Assembly (NCBI GenBank): GCA_964016885.1
Contig: OZ024743.1
Span: forward strand, 122,822,001-122,886,000
From: Eledone cirrhosa
Lineage: Eukaryota
DNA length: 64,000 nucleotides
Direction of reading: 5' to 3'
Part shown: piece by piece, positions 51,783-64,000 of the stretch
How the letters are laid out: every line of letters begins with the position of its first letter
Numbering within the stretch: the first letter of the stretch is position 1
Program-made: the position numbers and the translations under genes
Notes under the pieces: model-generated
What the model was told of the DNA's origin: nothing
Databases searched by the model: none
What the model saw: the letters and a program-made list of their open reading frames with translations, nothing else

Positions 51783-52739
51783 GAGATCATTAACTGATTA
51801 CGTAAGTTTTATGTTTTTAACTATTAATCACAGAAGGATACTGGATTAAATAACATGACATATTAATACGATATATCTGTAATTGATACAAGTTGATACA
51901 AACAATCTCTTTCTATCAGGAAATTACGTTATAGGTGAATGAATGACTATTATTTTGATTTCTTTATTTTCCTATACTTTTAGTCAATTGATTCTAGTAT
52001 TGTGTCAGTAATATTATAAAGATACGTTTGTGTCTTTAAACCAAGTGATGTCCAAACTCTTATCAATACATGAAAGACTCTTCAGAAATCTACTTATTTG
52101 CCATTGTATATTATATTCACTGGTATCGTTATATTTCAAATGTTTCCATAAATCTGCCGTGCACATTAAAAATTGAAGAATATCAAGGCTTGTAGGTTAT
52201 AGAAGAAAAATGAGTCGAGATAAAAATAGCTTGTTAACACATAAATAATTTAAAATCAGACACGAATATTTCCCACAAAATACAACAATGAAATATGAGC
52301 TGATATTTAGCAGGTTGGAAAAGGAAAATATATTTAGAGAAATAAACGTAAAAATTGTGTGAACTCTGACAGTAGTACTATATTTTAAAAAATCCGTTTT
52401 GATTCCATCAAAGCACAAGAGAATACTGATCAGCTGTTATGTGTAGTTTCACTCTGCAGTCAGCAGTATTCCTCTGCAGTGCAGTCATTGAAAATGATAT
52501 GTGCAGTTGCATTAGCGATATGCAGACATAAAATTCAGGCCACTGTATTCATGCACAGCTGTAGTCAGCAGTCAACTGTGCAGACAATGCTAATACAGCA
52601 ATTTATTCAATGAAACACACACATTACCTGAATCTGCAAACTGCATTTGACAAAGTAGCTTTTAAAGAGAATCATTGCATACGTTCTGTTACGCATTTTT
52701 GGATACATGATTCATAGAGACATGCCTCTTCGTGTACAC

Positions 52740-52863
<124 letters not shown>

Positions 52864-53549
52864 CTGTGTGTATGTCTGTGTGTATATTCTACTATATATG
52901 TATAAATTTATGAAACTATATGCTAGTTTATTCGAATGGAACCCGTCTATCACTACGTACGTGCTTTCATTCACAGTTTGACATTATTAGAATAGTGTAT
53001 AATAAGCACTGCCGTGTAATAACATGTACATACGAATGAGCAAGTGAAAATAAACTGAAAATATATATGTAAAAACGTTTAACTTTGTCGGTTATATGCT
53101 TCAACACAAGCAGTTTTAATCAGAAACAAATTAGTAATATATTCTTATATAACAGGGTTTTTACATCAATATATTGATTTCTGAAAAAGGCTTATGGTCA
53201 CAAAGATTTTGGAAGGAAGAGAAAATATAATCAATGAAATGGGTCCCTGTAATTTACTACTACATTATTTAACAGACCATGGAAGGATGAAATGTATAAT
53301 TTACCTGGGTGAAATTTGAAATTAAAATATGAAGGGCTGTAACTAAAAACCTATAATCATTTTATCTGATGTTCTCACAATTCCTCTCACACACCACACT
53401 TAAATACAATCGTTAAATAATTAAATAAATGCTTCACGGTAGTCTAATGGCAAATGTTCTCGGATTTACATCTCGCGTTTCTAATTTTGTAGCAAAGTTC
53501 AGGCTGCATTTGAATATATATATACAAGCGTACATGTTATGCACTTACT

Positions 53550-53720
53550 TACTAGCCGAAAGTCCGCACCCTGGTGGTTTTCGGGTACTTTATGTTATCT
53601 ATCTAACAGACAGACATATTTACACAGACACATACACACACACACATACACCTAAACAACCAAACATACACATATATATATTACCCCCCCCCCCCCCATA
53701 CACGTTTATATATATATATT
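53550..53720. mobile_element. Possible Helentron/HINE-like non-autonomous element
   Basis: tactagccgaaag...ggtggttttcggg subterminal hairpin followed by (ACAG)/(AC) microsatellite; start resembles the 15954 hairpin. Confidence 0.35.
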
Positions 53721-53852
53721 GCGTGTGTGTATGAGTATATGACGCTCTATAACATTTTTTGATATAAATTCTTAAGTCAGCATGCCTACTAACTGTTGAA
53801 ACAGCAAGAGCTCAGCATTCGGATCCTGACTCTTTATAATATATACATATAT

Positions 53853-54028
53853 AGGAAAAGAGTCAGGACCCCGGCGGCTGAGCTCCGGCCGTTTCGACAG
53901 CTAGATCTAGCTGACGAAACGGCCGTCGGGATCCTGACTCTTTTCTTATTACCCACTCTACTACCCTAAGTATTGAGTACTCTGGTGCGTCATGGTCCAC
54001 CTGGTATCCTACCACACCCTCTTTATTA
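53853..54028. mobile_element. Fold-back element, family A
   Basis: Palindrome centred on agctagatctagct; GAAACGGCCGTC hammerhead 3' half at 53916-53927. Confidence 0.75.
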
Positions 54029-54044
54029 TATATATATATATATA

Positions 54045-54281
54045 TTGTAATAATAATACATTTGAAGACTTAAATCCAAAGAGGGCTCGATAAGGATAAA
54101 TATATATCAAATATATAAGAATCGTAGAGCAAATATTTATTAAAATAACAGATTAAAGTTTAAGCAAAGAATCGCTGCTTTCACCCTTAACGGGATCTTC
54201 TGAAACTCTCTTCAGAAGATCCCGTTAAGGGTGAAAGCAGCGATTCTTTGCTTAAACTTTAATCTGTTATTTTAATAAATA
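54045..54281. mobile_element. Fold-back element, family C
   Basis: Perfect 71-bp arms 54134-54204 / 54211-54281; homologous to 9824-10043. Confidence 0.78.
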
Positions 54282-54510
54282 AATATATATATACATTAAC
54301 TTTAATTATATCTCATAAAATAATACAACTGGTTTTTCCACATTATACATATTGTTAGCACCCCAAACACTTAAATTGGGTTTATATTTTAATATAACCT
54401 AATGTTTGTTGAGTGAGATGGTTACCAGTCAGAGAATAGCTTTAAACTATCTCTGTTATTGTATTAAATTTTTATATATATATATAGGACTAGAACTGTT
54501 TCATTCTTTA

Positions 54511-54556
<46 letters not shown>

Positions 54557-54754
54557 TCTATTGCAGTCAGTAAATACTCTATACTTTAGAGTATTTACTT
54601 TAGAGTATTTACTCTATACAGTAAATACTCTCTATTTTTTTGCAGTCAGTAAATATTCTATTGCAGTTATTAAACACGCTGTGACTTCTCTCTCCCACGT
54701 GTGGCTGGACAGTCAATTGTAAAATTCTCTTAGTGTTGTCTGAGATGTATAGCC

Positions 54755-54837
54755 TTACACACGCTGATGAACCGAGACTAACATTTCTTTCAACAATTTC
54801 TCTGGCGAAACATATCTCTGGATTTGTACGTGTGTAA
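54755..54837 (+). ncRNA. Type I hammerhead ribozyme with stable stem III
   Basis: ttacacacg CTGATGA accgaga...tctctggc GAAA catatc tctg gattt GTA cgtgtgtaa; perfect 9-bp stem I; predicted cleavage after 54828; A-C mismatch at the base of stem II. Confidence 0.8.
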
Positions 54838-55006
54838 TATAGTTATAGAGGTATTTATTTACGCTTTAATTTATATTTTTAATTATCGTGTCTATAGTCT
54901 GCCTTTCATAGGTTATAGATTCCATACACTGGTGGTTTTTTCCCTGTATTATTGATAACGCACTATATATCTCTCTCTGGTGTGTTACCTTCTCAACATA
55001 TTATAT

Positions 55007-55068
<62 letters not shown>

Positions 55069-55269
55069 ATGTATAACCTTATTGCCTTCAACCTTATCAT
55101 TGTACCAATACTCCACCATACAATGACCTGTGTGATCCCATATAATACGAGGAAAGGTACACTGGTGTCGAATACTTAATCCTACTTACACCTATAGTTA
55201 TTGATTAATTAACAAAAATAACGAAAGATATATATATATATATATATGTATGTTTGTGTGTGTGTGTGT

Positions 55270-55305
<36 letters not shown>

Positions 55306-55318
55306 TTGTGTGCGGGTG

Positions 55319-55352
<34 letters not shown>

Positions 55353-55775
55353 ATTGGGAATGCTGCCCGTCTTGGCTAATAAATTGAATTCGGGAATTTT
55401 TTCGTTTTGTTCAGGATCTTAATCCCCTATGTTGCAAATATATTCAAGGAAAAAATACTCCGAATAAAATTCAAAAATAGAAAAGTTACAACCGGTTATT
55501 GTAATCCATAGCGGTGACGGATGCAGAATAAAAATAAACTGAAACTTTGACAATTTTGTTTGCAGAAACGTAAACACCAATACGTTAAAACTGGTAGACA
55601 CACGTCCCGTTGAATGCCATTTAGGAATAATAAGTATGGAAGAATAATAGAGCGATACAACAGATATATTTATATATACATTTTTTTTTCATTATAGAAA
55701 TGTGATGATGAATTTAAAAAAAAGCTCTAATACGTCCGTTTTTTTTTTACATATTACAAAAATACTAATATTTAA

Positions 55776-55900
55776 GGATGGTGGATTGACAGAATTCGTA
55801 AAGAATCTGCTAAAAATGTCATTGTCTTTATGTTTTGAGCTCAAACCCCGCCGATGTCAATTTCGCCTTTATTCATTCCGGGGTTGACAAAATAAAGTGC
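55776..55900 (+). mobile_element. Old degenerate SINE
   Basis: ggtggattgacagaa...gagctcaaaccccgccga...cgcctttattcattccggggttgacaaaataaagt. Confidence 0.65.
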
Positions 55901-56626
55901 TACTTTATTTTGATTGAATAAAACTATGTTTCTGTCTTTACAAATTTAAATTCAGTTAAATGTTTAGGAATTAGAGAGTTCTGTGGTTAACATATATCTA
56001 TCCTTAATGTTTCGAGATAAGCCTTTTTATTGATAAACAGAATAGGGAATTCCATGTATTCTCGGTGAAAATTACCCGAATATATTTCATCTGCCTTAAA
56101 CAGAATCCACTTTTCTCTTCTTCTATAAAGTACTTCACGCCGAAACTTCGGACAGTTTGATTTCTCAGGCCAACTACATTTATTCTAGGCCACCAAACTT
56201 TCTCTTGGATTGTTAGTTGCCAACACAAACTCTTACCAGTTTTCACTGGATTTGATTTTATTCATGCAGGCTGGTGCGTTTTCCGTCGCTCCAACGATAA
56301 CGGAATCAAATGGAATGTTTATGTTGTTATATGTCTGTTTATGTGTGTAGCGGTGGGCTTATCATGTTGTCTTATGTATTATCTTGAACTTAGTTCTATG
56401 TATAACGGAATTACTTCAGCGATAATGATTCTACCTCTCTAAAATCGTTTGTAAGAAATATTAATAATGATTAAGCATAGCCAGGTTTAATAGTTATCGA
56501 CGTCGGAGACGAGCCAGTGAAGGGCATATTCATGATTGCTCGTATAACTAACAATTGCAAACAAAGCTTCCTCCAAAAATTCAAATTGTTTTCAAAATGA
56601 AAACAAGTAGTATTATAGTCTTGCTT

Positions 56627-56767
56627 TCCAGCATAGTTACGTCCCTTTACGATCTGAGTTCAAATCCCGCCGAGGTTGACTTTGTCTTTCATCCTTACGG
56701 GGTCGATAAAATAAAGTACCAGTAATGCACTGGGTAATTGCTGGCCTTGTGCCTAAAGTAGAAACAA
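56627..56767 (+). mobile_element. 5'-truncated SINE with 14-bp TSD
   Basis: ttatagtcttgctt at 56613-56626 and 56768-56781. Confidence 0.88.
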
Positions 56768-57126
56768 TTATAGTCTTGCTTAAATCCTGTGGCTGTAGGA
56801 AAGGTTACATTGTCACAGCTACGGCGATCTGATAATAGCTTTGATATCAGAGCCGACCTAGAGGCTTAAAAAGTTACGTGTATGTGTGATATAAATATAA
56901 CAACGTCCTATATCATGACAAATAGGCAATAGATGTCAACCTTGATGGAAAGGCAGACAGTGCCTTAGGGTGTTTAGTTAGATCCCTCTACGTTCTTTTG
57001 AAGTGAAATCTCTCCGGGCTCGACTTTGCTTTTATCCATGCGGGATAGATAAAATAATTATTAAACGATTGCTAGGGTCAATTGAATTAACTGATCTCTG
57101 CACAAACAGTTTGGGATATATATGTA

Positions 57127-57264
<138 letters not shown>

Positions 57265-57829
57265 TGCGCATATATACACGTGTGTGTTATTCCGTGACAA
57301 GTTCGATTCCGCTGCGAAGCACCTTATTTAAGTGTTTTCTAGCATGCTCTGAGCTTAATCAATAACTTGAGTGTGTAATTTTGTAGACAGAAACTGAGAG
57401 GAATGTGTTGCATATATGGATATGTGTGCATGTGTACGTTTGTATTCGTCATTCTATAAAGTAAGGAATACAAATTTTATCTTTGAATTACGTAAAACCT
57501 GGTGAATCATAAGATTGAAACTGAAAATTCAGGTGCACATGCAGCGCATGCATATTACTTCATTACATTGATTTTTCTTCTTTTTTTTTTAGTTGTGCAG
57601 GAAGAATAACTGCACACACGGTCGTATATCGGGAAATGTTATTTGTCGCTTCCTTAATTGGTTCTTTGCTTAAATCAAAGGAAAGTTACAACAATAAATC
57701 TACTGAACTCAGCCTATGACTTTGCTAATATGCAATACAATTAATTATTTGTGTGTTTAAATGTTTTCTTTGCCTTACTAATCAAGCTTATGGAAATAAA
57801 TAAATAAATCTAATCCCCATTCCACTACC

Positions 57830-58345
57830 ATACATGAAACTTAACGGTCGGTCCACCTCATGGTACTGGCTGACAGGATTGAGAAGGCATTGCTCCGGAG
57901 GAGGGTGGTGGAAGACGCACTGGAATAGCCAATTAACTTCGCAGGGCTCGCACCTGCGGGCAATCACCTCCGTTCGGATAGCAGTGAGCAGGGTTGTGGT
58001 CCGAGGGCCAAGAACGCCGGAAGTCTCCACTGTCATAGGCTCAACAACAAACCTATCAGAGGAGCCGATACTTTGACAATTTGTCCTCTTCAGTCAGGCG
58101 GGCAGGGACGCCTGGGCTGGTAGCCGGATGCACCAGGTTGCCGCTAGAGAAGGTAGCATAACATGTAGCATACCAGATGAAAGGCATACCCCTGTGGAAC
58201 GGGAAGATTGTCATGGCGTCTGGTCATTTGCCGTCCCCTCAGGCGAGACCCGCTAGCTCAAGCTTGGAAAGGAAGCCTGCTGCACCTCCCAGGCCAAGCT
58301 TTATAATCTCAATGAGAGTAGTATGGAGTGGGAGGTGACACTGGA
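57830..58345 (-). mobile_element. CRE-like non-LTR retrotransposon RLE fragment
   Basis: GDGK*PDAMTIFPFHRG..FIWYATC...EEDKLSKY...EPMTVETSGVLGPRT, matching the CRE-clade DGKRPDG...WD.TC...K..KY...P.A.ET.G..G pattern. Confidence 0.82.
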
Positions 58346-58827
58346 ACTTTGCTAATTATATTTTCATTTAATTCCATTATTTCTTTTTTTTTATTTTCTT
58401 CATAATTCCTCTTGTTTAGTTATTGAGCCATCGTTCTCAATATTACAAATAATTTCTTCCACAAGAAAAATATATCTAAAACAGTTTCAAGAAACTATTC
58501 TTTATGGACAGCGACTACGTCTATTGATATTTACGGTTCAAAAAACATAACATTTCTAATAACATTGGATTGCTTTACTACGCAGCCTGATAATATTTCT
58601 CAATTGTTAACCAAAGACCCACTCGAAATTCAAATGGAGTTCATAATAAAGAATATCAAAAGAAACAGTCGTTGCTGGCCACTCATGTCTCTAACAACAA
58701 ACCTCTCCAGAAGAGACTAACTGTAAAACCGCTGAGTAGGAAATTCTCTTCCCATACCCTACTACTTCCTCACACACACGCAAACACATATACTTGCATA
58801 ATATTTAATGTATGTATGTGTATATAT

Positions 58828-58920
<93 letters not shown>

Positions 58921-60544
58921 TATGATGAGATGTCTTGTGTAACTGTTTATCTTAAGTATCAATTCAAACCTCAGAACTAAGATTGGAAATGATTTTGCTA
59001 CAGTGCACAAATTGTCGTACAGTTGACTGCAATGGACTCTTCAAGCACCACCAATTGATGTAAAAGATGCTGTATGTTAACCTAAAGAAAGCTGGCTACT
59101 TAGTTACAGCAAAGCTTTCGTAAACGTACGCTGCAATTATTTTGAAATATAGCAAATTTGAAAGTAATAAATGTCGTCTGAGTCGTTTTCTGTGAATATT
59201 TATATAGCACAATTATCTTGAATGTTAATAATCGGTTGGGGGTGACATTTGAAATGAAAGAGAATAACAACTGATTGATACAGTGATGTGAATAAAGCGG
59301 TATACATTTTCTTGACATAGACACGGAATTGTCAACATTTTAGACAAGATCAAATGGGATGTTGTGATTTCGAAGTTGTTTTCAAGATCATTTGCGACCT
59401 AAGTAGCTACATAATGTAATGGAAATCATTTCAGGAAAAGATAAAATTTACAATATTTCGTGACAGAAGCTATGGTGGTGATGCTATCACTTATGCTCTT
59501 CAACTACCCATTACCTGCTTGAAATCTTTGATAATGTATTTACAATTCATAATTCAGATTTTATACAGTAGAAATGCATATTTATCACGAATAACGGGAA
59601 ATATATGTACGTCACAATCTATACAACACGTCGAACGTTATCAGAATTAAGCAAAGGTAGATGCATGTGTAAATCTTGAGAAATGTATGTCACGTTTAAC
59701 TGATAGTGTATACATCGAATGCAATAGAATGTGTATATGATTTATGAAATTGAAATAGTATAATCGAATGTGTATGTAAGACGTGTAAGTGTGTCCGTCA
59801 TATGCTAAATATTGCTAGTGGTATGACGTGCTCTATTCGTAATAATCAGCCAGGTATATACAAATGTATTCAGTAAAAACACATGTGTACACGTACACTG
59901 AGATGATACATCCATACACAATAAACACAGTAATATATTTAATACGAAGCATTGTGAGATATGTAATAAATAACTGGTAAGTTTCAAAAAATCCTGTATA
60001 ATGCGGTAAAGGGCAAAGGATAAGAAATAAAACGAAATAAAGTCAGGTTTTATTTACCCAAAATATTTCTCGGTAAAACATTACTTTGATTTGTTTTATT
60101 TGTTATCTCTTGCCCTTTATATATATATATCTACCACATTGTACCAAATTCTTTAAACTTATCAGTCATTTACTATAAATACATTTACGAAGTACACACA
60201 CACACAAAAAGGCCCTGTTACGAGCAATGATTAAAGTGTTTGCATGATTTTAGTATAAGAAACAGGCAGAATCTATTATTACAAGGCCGTTTAGTTTAGT
60301 TTGTCTCAATATTACATTATGGCAAGTTAAAGTTCCAGGAAAGAAATTTACTAATCAATTCACACAACTATATCTTATTCTACTCAACTATTCATTCCAT
60401 TAACCTATTATCCACCCATCCACTCACATATTCCAAATATTCCATCTATTCATGTACAGACCCTCAATTTATTCAGTCTTACACTCACCCTGTAATCTAT
60501 TATACTTTCCAAAGAATCAACTATGCATCTATGTATGTATGTAT

Positions 60545-60930
60545 GTTCTTCTGGTTTTATAATTTCACAAAGTTTTACCAATAGAGAGAGAGACGGTTTC
60601 TAACATAGACACAAGACTCTCTCATTGGAATTTACACAACATCAACTAGGTAGATATGTATGTATGCATGCATGTGTAGATATGGATGTTATTGAACGTA
60701 TGGATGTGTATGCTTTGAGTTGTATGTGTGCATGTGTATATGCTTTGCATCTGTATATGTGTATATGCAGTTATTAGATGCAAAACTTTTGGAATGTTTT
60801 ACATATTTTTACTGTTCCATTAATGGATTGTACTTGTAATTTCTTAACTAGTTGTGTTCTTTCTGTTCCTGTGAAGCTTAGCTTCTTAAGATTTGTATTG
60901 AGGCAGTTACTAACATATCCCAGTGCCCCA
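60545..60930 (-). mobile_element. Dong/R4-like LINE 3' end, 5'-truncated
   Basis: Homologous to 1887-2272; (TATG)n on both flanks. Confidence 0.88.
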
Positions 60931-60959
60931 ATGTGTATGTATGTATGTATGTATCTATG

Positions 60960-61543
60960 TCAGGTCACCAGTTGGTGCTACTGGTAACATGTATCCCAGT
61001 ACAACCTGTCTCATGGTCGGGTCGTTGGCGACTAAACTGGCAACCCCACCAAGGTTTCTTGGTGAGGAGGGTGACTTTGGACATCCTGCAGGACTAAAAA
61101 CAAAACCTGTCAAAGGTCTAAGGAGCTCTTAAGAGTCAATGGCCATCCAAAATCACCGGGAGAGATGACCCCTTAGCCTTTGTCAAGGCAGAATTCTAGG
61201 AGAAGGAAAACTCTGATATAACACCTGCAACCCTGATGTTGACTTGTTCTTCTTTTTGGTAAATATCATCTTGGTTAAGAGAGTGGGACTGGCTTTGTGC
61301 TCACTATAAAAGCTTCACGGCACAGGCATTGCTTTGTATCTGGAGATCTCTCTGCACTTGTCGTCACATGGTACCATGGGCCCAGCACTATGTGTCAATA
61401 ATTGCCACAGGTGTAGTGTTTGTACCAGAGTTTTCAAGTCGCTGGCTGGACTAAAAAGTCACACTCGTTCAGTGCATCGGTAAGGGTTCTCCTACATGGA
61501 TATAAAGTAGTGGCCGTACTCGAAAACGAGTTGGCAGCTACCA
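60960..61543 (+). mobile_element. Longest copy of the RTE-like non-autonomous retroposon, with (ATGT)n tail
   Basis: Contains cccttagcctttgtcaaggc...ctaggagaaggaaaactctga, resembling an RTE 5'-UTR motif; no ORF; (TATG)n on both flanks. Confidence 0.75.
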
Positions 61544-61964
61544 TGTATGTATGTATGTATGTATGTATGTATGTATGTATGTATGTATGTATGTATGTAT
61601 GTATATGTCTGTCTGTCTGTCTGTCTACTTCCCCCTTTGTATTTGTCCCCTTCTTTTGTTCCTCTGTCTGGAGATGAGAGTTGCACATTTTTTCGGGGGT
61701 ATGTGTTACCCATATGAAATGTTTCCTCCTATTGGGGAAAATCGATTAATTTTTAAATTGCATATAGTATTTTAAACGTTTTTATTGTATGTAAAATTCC
61801 CCCTTTGTATATGTCTCCTCCTTTTGTGCCCCTGTGGCTAATAAAGAAACACATCTATCTATCTATTTATCTACCTACCTACCTACGATTTTTATGTAAA
61901 ACTCCCGCCGCCGCGTCTTGTAATGTCCCATTTCTTGTACGCCCTTGTGGCAAATAAAGAAAGA

Positions 61965-62250
<286 letters not shown>

Positions 62251-63234
62251 TTGAGGTATCCTTTCAATGAATCAGTTGTCTTGTTACGTGCATATGCTCG
62301 ACTTAATGCGTATTTACTATACACATCCATGATCTACGGCTAGGTATATGCATCCAAATATGCACAAGTACACATTAAATTTAGAAACGTACATATTTAC
62401 AGAGTACATTAATGTACACGCAATAGATAAGCGCTGTGTGTTGCATTTACGACGCAGACACACGTGCAGAGAAGAGAGAATGCTGAATGTAGAAAGACAT
62501 AATATCGTGGTGGAAGTAGTGGTGGAGAAGAAATCGATACAATAATTTGAACAGAACCTAACACGCTCACTTTGAGAAGACTTGAAGGTAAAAACATCAA
62601 AGAAAGCTAACGTCTTGTAAAGATATGACGAGAAAAGTGGTAGTAGTAGTGATACTGAGGGAGTAGTGAGTGAGACGAAATGAATACAGAAAGCAGAGAA
62701 GGGAGGAAAGATACAAATCAAGTTGCAGAGTTAAGAGAAAGTAAGGAGGAGAAAAGGTAAAAGGAAGGCGGGGTGGGGGAGAAAGGATGACGGAACTACA
62801 AAAGAGGATAAGTAGGAGTGGGAGAAAATCAGGGAAAGAGACGGTAAGAAGAATGCAGTTTGAAGAGAAAAGGTAAAAATAGTGGGGAAAAGTATGAGCT
62901 GCTAGCATGGCAAAAGGGAATAACCTGCAGGCAACATACACATAGAAAAAATTATCTGAAAATAAAAATAAAAACGTAAAATATAAATAAAAGAAATCGG
63001 ATTAAAGACTTTTCATTTTGCTTTCTGCTTCAGTTTCTTTGTTTACTTTATTTTCTATTATTATATATGTATTTTTTTCCTTCTATTTAGTTCTTGTAAA
63101 AGTCGATCGAGGAATACAAATCTAGGTCATGGTAACACCGGTCGCTCTCTTCTCTGGCATACAAGCCTAATGCAGTCAGGTCGACGGTGTGTGGTGATGC
63201 CAGCCGTCACGTGCTAGCTTTCCGCCTTATCGAT

Positions 63235-63265
<31 letters not shown>

Positions 63266-63474
63266 CATGTCTGTGTATGTGGAGTGTGTGTATGTTTATG
63301 GTGTGTTGTGCTAACTTAGCGATTTTAATCTGTTCAAGGTCTCTCTACAGAAATATTGCAACGAAAGCAAATTACAAGAAAAGAAAATTGTGTTGTGGGT
63401 TAGGATGAGGAATGAGGAATATAGCAATCATGTAAGTGTTGTTATTGGTGGTAGCGGCAGCTATGATAGTCATG

Positions 63475-64000
63475 ATGGTGGTGGTGGTGATGGTGGTGGT
63501 GGTGGCGATGGTAATGGTGATGGCGGTGGTAGTATTGATGATGTTATTGGTGGTGGGGATGGCGTGGTGTTTTAATGCTAGTGGTGGTGGTGGTGACGAT
63601 GGTAATGGTGATGGCGGTGGTAGTATTGATGATGTTATTGGTGGTGGGGATGGCGTGGTGTTTTAATGCTAGTGGTGGTGGTGGTGACGATGGTAATGGT
63701 GATGGCGGTGGTAGTATTGATGATGTTATTGGTGGTGGGGATGGCGTGGTGTTTTAATGCTAGTGGTGGTGGTGGTGGTGGTGGTGGTGGTGGTGGTGGT
63801 GGTGGTGGTGACGATGGTAATGGTGATGGCGGTGGTAGTATTGATGATGTTATTGGTGGTGGGGATGGCGTGGTGTTTTAATGCTAGTGGTGGTGGTGGT
63901 GACGATGGTAATGGTGATGGCGGTGGTAGTATTGATGATGTTATTGGTGGTGGGGATGGCGTGGTGTTTTAATGCTAGTGGTGGTGGTGGTGGTGGTGGT
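63475..64000. repeat. 91-bp tandem minisatellite with a variable (GGT)n tract, running off the window
   Basis: Unit tgctagtggtggtggtggtgacgatggtaatggtgatggcggtggtagtattgatgatgttattggtggtggggatggcgtggtgttttaa, at least 5 copies. Confidence 0.93.

Noticed and set aside
60963-61110. Canonical HDV-like ribozyme
   Set aside because: P1- and P2-like pairings exist, but no L3 with CC or adjacent P1.1 GG; kept only as an unclassified structure

Overview
AT-rich, microsatellite-dense animal genomic DNA, almost entirely non-coding. The tRNA-SINE family and repeat landscape suggest a coleoid cephalopod such as Octopus (inference). Nearly all listed ORFs are microsatellite artefacts. The only convincing host-gene feature is one minus-strand internal exon (16099-16252) of an unknown Cys-containing protein. 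The rest is decayed transposons: RTE, Dong/R4-like, CRE-like, Tx1/L1 and L2/CR1 LINE fragments, many tRNA-derived SINEs, a mariner, a hAT-type MITE and two Penelope-like GIY-YIG fragments. The main signal is at least 10 type I hammerhead ribozyme (HHR) motifs, plus partial ones, from several unrelated families. Most lie in short fold-back (inverted-repeat) elements clustered in (TA)n arrays at about 7.5-10, 33-34.4, 48.7-51.6 and 53.8-55 kb. They include a U3-A8 compensatory core variant and palindromes carrying an HHR on each strand. A second pattern is a (TATG)n-associated Dong/R4-like LINE found three times head-to-head with an RTE-like non-autonomous element. All calls come from reading the sequence by eye; no database searches were run.
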